From the IMG/VR virus record IMGVR_UViG_3300023116_000045, positions 1 through 61,981 of that record: a stretch of 61,981 nucleotides of DNA. One strand, 5' to 3'. Under the pieces are notes generated by a model, which did no database searches, had not been told where the DNA came from, and saw only the letters and a list, made by a program, of their open reading frames with translations. This document shows, one piece after another, positions 56,489 through 61,981 of the stretch. How positions within the stretch are numbered: the first letter of the stretch is position 1; each line of letters begins with the position of its first letter. The DNA is from a virus (taxonomy: Duplodnaviria > Caudoviricetes). A program made the position numbers and the translations under genes.

Positions 56489-57412
56489 TCAGGATTCAGC
56501 CAACTTAGCGAAGTAACTTAGTGCATCGTCCTCACTGTCAGCGAGTGATGTCTGAGGGACACCATAGTCACTGTCGTCTTCAACCTCAACCTTCTTCTCA
56601 AAGGTGGGTTGATAAGAACGCTCCTCCAGTTCAGCAGGAGTCACTTCCTGACGGACAGGTGCAGTGACGTTGCGGTTGAGCACAGCGTTGAGACGACGCT
56701 CCAGGTCTTCATAAGACTTGAAGTTGGATGCTTCAGTGAAAGCAGTCAGGGAATACTCTTTATTCCACAGTGCTTCCAGAGCATCATCATCTTCAAGCAG
56801 AGGACCAGCGGATGCGAACTCAGACTTATCGTAGTTCCAGTAACCATCCTTCTTCACGATCTTCAGTTTGAAGTTGGCACCCTGCCAGAAGTCGAAGGGG
56901 TTGATGGGAGTTTCATCATCAAACTCAGGCTGCATTGCCTCCATGATCTTGTCAAAGATCTTCTTACCAAACTTGAACAGAAAGACTTTACCTTCGTGCT
57001 GAGGATTGGCAGGATCCTTCACAACATAAATGTTGGCATAATAAGACAACTTACGCTTTTGCTTACGGGCAATCTCTTTGTCAGAATCCAGTCCAGAATT
57101 CCAAAGAGTGCGGTTGTATTCTGCCAGCGGATCCTTTTGACCCAGCGTGGTCAGAGAATTCTCAATGTACCAACCACCAGGACCTTGGAAGGCATGACTC
57201 CATACCTTTGCCCAGGGGAGGTCTTCACCGTTAGGTGCGGGCAAGAAACGGATGACGGCAAACCCGTTGCCAGTCTTGTCCATTTCGGGTTTCCAGAGAC
57301 GCTCGTCTGCCCCAGACGAACTTTGTGGATTATTAGACTTCTCAACTTCCTTGACCAGTTTGGCGGTCAGTGAACCGAGAGAGGATTGCTTTTTCAGATT
57401 AGAAAACGACAT
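56489..57412 (-). CDS. gp32: single-stranded DNA-binding protein gp32
   Basis: DERLWKPEMDKTGNGFAVIRFLP...WYIENSLTT...FGKKIFDKI; acidic tail. Confidence 0.96.
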   Translation of the reverse strand: MSFSNLKKQSSLGSLTAKLVKEVEKSNNPQSSSGADERLWKPEMDKTGNGFAVIRFLPAPNGEDLPWAKVWSHAFQGPGGWYIENSLTTLGQKDPLAEYNRTLWNSGLDSDKEIARKQKRKLSYYANIYVVKDPANPQHEGKVFLFKFGKKIFDKIMEAMQPEFDDETPINPFDFWQGANFKLKIVKKDGYWNYDKSEFASAGPLLEDDDALEALWNKEYSLTAFTEASNFKSYEDLERRLNAVLNRNVTAPVRQEVTPAELEERSYQPTFEKKVEVEDDSDYGVPQTSLADSEDDALSYFAKLAES

Positions 57413-57470
57413 GTGTGTACCTATTAGTTAAGATTTGGCCTTTGTGTACTCCATTATTATGTCACAAAGG

Positions 57471-57803
57471 TTAGGATCGCTCAATTGATCCTCTCATTTC
57501 ATCCAAGACTTTCGTCATGTTATTGAAGACATAAGCAATGTCAACATCGGGAGGGAAACCAAGGTCTTGTGCAGACCTCATGATGTTTTCCTTCATTGAC
57601 TTTGCTTCAGGGTCATCAGACAGACTCATCCTTGTGTAAAGGACTTGCTGTTTTTTCAGGAGATTACTCAGCAACTCAACGTGCTTCATCTTCTCCTCTT
57701 TATCCATGGAAGGGAATTTGAATACCATTCCATAGATCTCCTCTTGAAGTCTTGCGATCTCCTCCATCTCTTGTTGTACGATGTCGGATTCAAAAAATGT
57801 CAT
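57471..57803 (-). CDS. DUF1825-like cyanobacterial/cyanophage protein
   Basis: FFESDIVQQE...RMSLSDDPEAK. Confidence 0.7.
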   Translation of the reverse strand: MTFFESDIVQQEMEEIARLQEEIYGMVFKFPSMDKEEKMKHVELLSNLLKKQQVLYTRMSLSDDPEAKSMKENIMRSAQDLGFPPDVDIAYVFNNMTKVLDEMRGSIERS

Positions 57804-58408
57804 TGTGTCAGCACGACCTCCTTAAGGATCTTTTTATAATGGAATACATCGATATTTAGGAATGGAGAATACTTTTCCATTCGCATCGAGAGAAATTCCC
57901 ACACAGGATCTTGGAGTTTCTTATCGAAGTTCTTCTTGAACCCTAAGATCTTTTCCAACAGAATCAGAGTCTCCAGAGAGACGTTGTTCTGCAGGTGTTC
58001 TCTTATTATAACAGGATGTTTTGTCCCGTCAATGGAAAAAACAGAATCAAAGTTCTTATCTCCAAACAAATCGGATGTCTGTTCTTTGAAGTGATAAGAA
58101 AGCGATTGCATTCGCTTCTTCCATTCTGTGAAGTTTGCTTCTCCTGTCTGAATCATCTCTCCAATCCAGAGAGTCTGTGGATCAGTGCAGGAGACAAAGT
58201 TAGAGACAAAAAAGTCAACAACTTCCTTGTCATCTTTCTGACGACTCAGTTTCTCAAACCAGAAACGATCTTTACGTTTGTAGAAAGAGTTTATTGTTGC
58301 ACGAGACTTACCACAATATTTGTGGTAATCATACTTCTGTTTTGTGAAATGGTTCTTGAGCGAGAGATATTGTTTGTAGGCGTCGAAGGGAGACACTTTA
58401 GGAATCAC
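57800..58408 (-). CDS. gp59: helicase loader gp59
   Basis: YLSLKNHFTKQKYDYHKYCGK...FYKRKDRFWFEKL. Confidence 0.9.
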   Translation of the reverse strand: MIPKVSPFDAYKQYLSLKNHFTKQKYDYHKYCGKSRATINSFYKRKDRFWFEKLSRQKDDKEVVDFFVSNFVSCTDPQTLWIGEMIQTGEANFTEWKKRMQSLSYHFKEQTSDLFGDKNFDSVFSIDGTKHPVIIREHLQNNVSLETLILLEKILGFKKNFDKKLQDPVWEFLSMRMEKYSPFLNIDVFHYKKILKEVVLTQ

Positions 58409-58668
58409 AGGGGCAACTTTGCGTGGGATGTACGACGCAAAAGGTTCAGAGTCTGTGCCTCTGCCTTCAGTTTCTCTTTCAATGGTTTAGAAATGAGTTT
58501 GGGAACTGATTCCACTTCGATGTTATTCTTCTCACAGAAAAACACAATCGCATCAATGTAACTCATTCCTCCATCGGTGTGAGCGATCTTCTCAATCTCT
58601 TCTGTGAATCTCTTGGAACAATAAAACTTGTTCTCAAAGAGTTCTTCCAGGTTCTGTTCTTCAGGCAT
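58405..58668 (-). CDS. gp33: late transcription coactivator gp33
   Basis: start MPEEQNL; YIDAIVFFCEKNNIEVESVPKLISKPLKEKLKAEA. Confidence 0.9.
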   Translation of the reverse strand: MPEEQNLEELFENKFYCSKRFTEEIEKIAHTDGGMSYIDAIVFFCEKNNIEVESVPKLISKPLKEKLKAEAQTLNLLRRTSHAKLPL

Positions 58669-59329
58669 ACTCTCGCAACTTAAACTCAACAAACTCTCTA
58701 ATATACTTGTCGAGAAGCTGGATGTACTTTCCTTTGTCTCGCTCTTCATAAACAACGCACTCTCCGTCCTCACAGGACATGATAATAACAAACTTCTTTA
58801 CGATTATACCAGTTAATTCGAAAAGCATACAGGCATATGCTGCACACTGAACGAAGTAATCATCAATCCACTCCCGAGGTTTTGGTTTCTTCGATGTCTT
58901 GAAGTCAATGATGGCAAGTTCGCCATTGTGTTCTGCAATGCAGTCCACGGTCCCAGCAATACCAAGTTGCAGACTGTAAAGAGACTGCTCAATGGCATGG
59001 ATGTTATCAATCTCATCCAACTTTGGTTTTGCTTGACTGAAAAGGAACTGCGAAAGAGGTTGGACCTCAGGCAGTTCCTGATTCAGAAGATAATTCTCAG
59101 CCAAGGTGTGCATGTCGGTTCCCCGACTGGTTGCTTTCTTGGTGATCTTATTTGCTTCTTCCTCTCCAACACGTTCACGCCACTTACGAAAGAACTCCCG
59201 TTTGATGTGACTGATCACAGAGGTAACAGAAACCAACTTCTGTCCATCAGGAGCATCATAATAACGAACCCCATCAATGGTCTGTCGATCCAATGTTGGG
59301 ATGTCAATGTCAACGTGTTTGAAGGTCAT
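58661..59329 (-). CDS. PD-(D/E)xK exonuclease
   Basis: SVTSVI...RGTDMH...AGTVDCIA...IIDFKTS...QCAAY. Confidence 0.85.
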   Translation of the reverse strand: MTFKHVDIDIPTLDRQTIDGVRYYDAPDGQKLVSVTSVISHIKREFFRKWRERVGEEEANKITKKATSRGTDMHTLAENYLLNQELPEVQPLSQFLFSQAKPKLDEIDNIHAIEQSLYSLQLGIAGTVDCIAEHNGELAIIDFKTSKKPKPREWIDDYFVQCAAYACMLFELTGIIVKKFVIIMSCEDGECVVYEERDKGKYIQLLDKYIREFVEFKLREYA

Positions 59330-60087
59330 AAACCGAGTTGTAATTTAGCCATGATGTATTCTTTCACCAAACCACTTCTGCAGATGTCCTCTGCTTGGAA
59401 CTCAACAACATCAAAGGAAGGCATTGCTTGGATGATTCTCATGAAGTCCATGATGCCAGTCTTTTCAGTTGTCTTCACCAAGTCTGTTTGAGTTGCGTCA
59501 CCGCAGAACATGATCTTAGAATCGATACCGATTCGGGTGATGATGGAATCGAGTTCGTGGAAGTTCAAGTTTTGGAACTCATCCACAATGATTATAGCAT
59601 TGTCGAAGGTGGTTCCACGAATGAATGAGGTGCTCCAGAAACTAATCGTTCCCTGTGCCTTCAGATTATTATACAACATTTCAAATGCTGCATCATCAGG
59701 CATCTCAAACATGTACTTTACCATATTCTTGTAGGGAATTTGATAAAGTGAAGATTTGTCTTCATGATCACCAGGAAGAAAACCAATTTCACGGGTAGCG
59801 ACAAGAGACCTAACGATATAAATCTTTTCGTAAGGGGACTTGGGGTCCAGAACCTCTTTAATTGCATTGTAAAGTGTGATGAATGTCTTGCCCGTTCCTG
59901 CACACCCGTAAGCAACCAGGTTTTTATCTAACTTATAACTCTCGAAATACTTTTCTTGATTTTCGGTAAGCGGTTCAATCTTTTTCATGTAATCAAGATT
60001 GATTGGCTTCTTTCTCTTCATTGTTTTGTTACTCATTCCGAAGGGAACAGGGTTAGTCGTGATACCTGCTTTTGCTTTTCTTGGCAT
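59326..60087 (-). CDS. phoH: PhoH-family ATPase
   Basis: Walker A GCAGTGKT, IGFLPG, RGTTF, DEFQN, GDATQTD. Confidence 0.95.
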   Translation of the reverse strand: MPRKAKAGITTNPVPFGMSNKTMKRKKPINLDYMKKIEPLTENQEKYFESYKLDKNLVAYGCAGTGKTFITLYNAIKEVLDPKSPYEKIYIVRSLVATREIGFLPGDHEDKSSLYQIPYKNMVKYMFEMPDDAAFEMLYNNLKAQGTISFWSTSFIRGTTFDNAIIIVDEFQNLNFHELDSIITRIGIDSKIMFCGDATQTDLVKTTEKTGIMDFMRIIQAMPSFDVVEFQAEDICRSGLVKEYIMAKLQLGL

Positions 60088-60090
60088 TGA

Positions 60091-60342
60091 TTAGTCGTAG
60101 TGTTTGAGTGTACTTCCTGGTTGTTTCTTTGCCTTACTGATTACATCCTTCCATCCTGGGTGTTTGGTGTACATCTTACTGAAGGGATCACCCATCTCAA
60201 CTCCCAAGCAAGGAGAGTTAGTGGCATCGTAATACCTTTCCCACTCTGGGTTATCAATTTTCCACTGGTCCCAATCATTGATAGACATGACGACTTCCTT
60301 GTGTTCGCCAGTCTCCTTATTTCTCACAGGATATGTTGCCAA
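60091..60342 (-). CDS. small conserved hypothetical protein
   Basis: TTG start after GGAGG; (M)ATYPVRNKETGE. Confidence 0.7.
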   Translation of the reverse strand: MATYPVRNKETGEHKEVVMSINDWDQWKIDNPEWERYYDATNSPCLGVEMGDPFSKMYTKHPGWKDVISKAKKQPGSTLKHYD

Positions 60343-60361
60343 AATAATTCCTCCAGGTTTT

Positions 60362-61003
60362 CTATTTAGTTTCTCCCCAAGCAGCCTCAGCAATCACTGG
60401 GAACTGTTCGGTAAAGATGCGCTTACACTCAAGGGCAATGTCCATGTGTTCCCTCTGAGTTCCATTGGCAGATCTCAGGTCAATGTAGTGCAACCAGGAA
60501 CGGAGAGAGCCAGACATATATAGACGAGTGGGACAAGCAAGAGGTAGAACAAACCGAGCACACTCTTTAGCAATTCCATCATCCAACATCTCCTGATAAA
60601 GTTTCATCGACTGGTCGAAATGATCCTTCATCTTGAGTCGATAATGATGAATCAGTTCGGGATCCACATCATCAATAGAGTTTTGACGATTCTTGGTGTC
60701 TTGGCGTCGCAGTTCTGGAATGGGGATCGTCTCTGAGAGTAGGGAACTATCAGCATAGCGTTGTGAGAACTCTTGATAGGTGAAAGATCTATGACGAAGA
60801 ATTTGAGCTGCCAGACCCCTGGTGGTTTCAATCTCCAGAGTCATGAATGCCTGCTCAAAAATGCTCCAGTGCTTGTGCTTAATGCAGTAACGAAGGAGTC
60901 CAGCAAAGTTTTCATTATTTTGGTTTGCTGGATTAGACACCCTTGCACAGTAAGCACAATGCTCTTCTGCGTTAGGAGTATATGAGATCAGTTTTACATT
61001 CAT
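60362..61003 (-). CDS. thyX: FAD-dependent thymidylate synthase
   Basis: ThyX motif RHRSFTYQEFSQRY; HWSIFE; ECARFVLP. Confidence 0.95.
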   Translation of the reverse strand: MNVKLISYTPNAEEHCAYCARVSNPANQNNENFAGLLRYCIKHKHWSIFEQAFMTLEIETTRGLAAQILRHRSFTYQEFSQRYADSSLLSETIPIPELRRQDTKNRQNSIDDVDPELIHHYRLKMKDHFDQSMKLYQEMLDDGIAKECARFVLPLACPTRLYMSGSLRSWLHYIDLRSANGTQREHMDIALECKRIFTEQFPVIAEAAWGETK

Positions 61004-61167
61004 TTGGTTTTCTTACGAATTTGTTTAAGTGATTTCAATTCAATCTTGATGTTTTGGTATGCCGTCTCTGCATCTATCTTACCACCTAACTCCATTGCAC
61101 AAATCATTTCCACCCGAGTACCAAAGTGTTTCAGTGCCTCCTCAAAGGAGTTGAGTTGATCATACAT
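61000..61167 (-). CDS. small hypothetical protein
   Basis: likely start MYDQLNSFEEALKHFG. Confidence 0.6.
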   Translation of the reverse strand: MYDQLNSFEEALKHFGTRVEMICAMELGGKIDAETAYQNIKIELKSLKQIRKKTK

Positions 61168-61411
61168 TCCTGTATCTTCCGTAGTCTGTGTAATAAGCAT
61201 TATAAAATGCCACCACACCAGCACTGATCTCATTCCCCTGAGACACCCAGTCATGGGCACACTCATAAATGGATTCACTGCTGTGCTTTGGTGACCCATC
61301 TTCATTTAGGTCACTTCCAAACTGTCTCAGGAGAATGCCGAGAACCTCCTCTCTGAGTTTCATTCTCTTGTCAGAGTAACGCCAATCAGTCAGGGTATCC
61401 GTCGTCATCAT
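61160..61411 (-). CDS. hypothetical protein
   Basis: DWRYSDKRMKLR...IYECAHDWVSQG; start uncertain. Confidence 0.55.
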   Translation of the reverse strand: MMTTDTLTDWRYSDKRMKLREEVLGILLRQFGSDLNEDGSPKHSSESIYECAHDWVSQGNEISAGVVAFYNAYYTDYGRYRNV

Positions 61412-61550
61412 CCCATACCTCATCGTAATCTGAAAGTTTTGGTCCTTGGTAATTCGTGTATGATTGCACATCCGAGTAAACCTCAGACTCCAATGCATCC
61501 ACCAGGAGTTTGAGGTTCCTCACAATGATTTTGAGTTTGTCTTTTTCCAT
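61386..61550 (-). CDS. small acidic-tailed hypothetical protein
   Basis: MEKDKLKIIVRNLKLLVDALESEVYSD...DDDDGYPD. Confidence 0.65.
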   Translation of the reverse strand: MEKDKLKIIVRNLKLLVDALESEVYSDVQSYTNYQGPKLSDYDEVWDDDDGYPD

Positions 61551-61575
61551 AAAAAAAGGGAGGATCTCTCCTCCC
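61551..61575 (-). terminator. intrinsic terminator
   Basis: minus strand GGGAGGA-GAGA-TCCTCCC followed by TTTTTTT. Confidence 0.75.
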
Positions 61576-61591
61576 ATTATAACACCTATAC

Positions 61592-61759
61592 TTACTTGTT
61601 GTAAGTATGTCCGCGATAGCAGAAAGTGCCGTGAGTCTCAGATGGTTCGTGACCACAGAGTTCATAATCGACACCACGATAAGAGGTGGCGTGAATCTGT
61701 GCGTCGTGCAATGCAGATTGCTTTTCGATCTGCTTACGAATCAGATTGAGTGTGTTCAT
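61592..61759 (-). CDS. DUF4278-like small protein (55 aa, not in ORF track)
   Basis: read manually as MNTLNLIRKQIEKQSALHDAQIHATSYRGVDY...FCYRGHTYNK*; two YRG motifs; AGGAG SD. Confidence 0.75.
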   Translation of the reverse strand: MNTLNLIRKQIEKQSALHDAQIHATSYRGVDYELCGHEPSETHGTFCYRGHTYNK

Positions 61760-61981
61760 GATTTTGCTCCTGAAGAATGAGATTTTTAGGCCCCGTTCCT
61801 TCAGTCGTTTGCGGATTATGGTCTTCCTTACAGGAAGGATCTGTTCCTTCCCATGTTCTTGTCACAAAGTCCAGCTTTTGACTGGCATCAAGCAACTCTG
61901 AACGTAGGATCCTTTCTCTCATCCATGCTGACTGCTCACAATTGAGGTAGTGATCAGGATCAACAGGTGCTCTTTGAGTGA
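61734..61981 (-). CDS. hypothetical protein, 5'-truncated by the window edge
   Basis: frame of 61734..61922 stays open to the window end (..TQRAPVDPDHYLNCEQSAWMRERIL..). Confidence 0.5.
   Translation of the reverse strand, partial: TQRAPVDPDHYLNCEQSAWMRERILRSELLDASQKLDFVTRTWEGTDPSCKEDHNPQTTEGTGPKNLILQEQNHEHTQSDS
61791..61820 (-). ncRNA. 3' half of a glnA-type glutamine riboswitch
   Basis: CGCAAACGACTGAAGGAACGGGG matches my recollection of the cyanophage glnA-motif 3' consensus and sits upstream of a DUF4278-like gene. Confidence 0.6.

Noticed and set aside
56609-57373. 254-aa plus-strand ORF, and similar antisense ORFs at 51013, 42065, 57995 and 58928
   Set aside because: Antisense shadows of clearly identified minus-strand genes, without recognisable motifs
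61899-61904. CGTTCA as the 5' strand of a compact glnA riboswitch
   Set aside because: The following GAGTTG pairs poorly with CATAATC, so no convincing P2 stem forms
1-61981. tRNA, rRNA, intron or intein
   Set aside because: No cloverleaf, rRNA-like stretch or interrupted core gene was recognised by eye; tRNAscan-SE or Infernal would be needed to exclude them fully

Overview
A 62-kb segment of a T4-like cyanomyovirus (Kyanoviridae-type, probably infecting marine Synechococcus/Prochlorococcus). Nearly all genes are on the minus strand, apart from a plus-strand gp4/gp2/gp48/gp53 block at 53.4-56.4 kb. From right to left: (i) replication/metabolism genes (thyX, phoH, exonuclease, gp33, gp59, gp32), preceded by the 3' half of a glnA-type glutamine riboswitch; (ii) baseplate/tail genes (gp53, gp48, gp26, gp51, gp5, a lysozyme-bearing hub protein); (iii) fibre/adhesin genes at 25.8-41.7 kb; (iv) a 14-kb island (11.4-25.8 kb) of three paralogous ~1000-aa Kelch-like beta-propeller proteins alternating with 2OG-Fe(II) oxygenases, a sulfotransferase and two glycosyltransferases; (v) an accessory region (1-11.3 kb) with a viral fatty-acid desaturase, DruA-like, ligase-like and nucleotidyltransferase genes, and small ORFs whose junctions carry a repeated 15-bp motif. 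Island (iv) is the best candidate for an undescribed system: phage-encoded hydroxylation, glycosylation and sulfation of virion proteins. All product calls come from motif recognition by eye; no searches were run.
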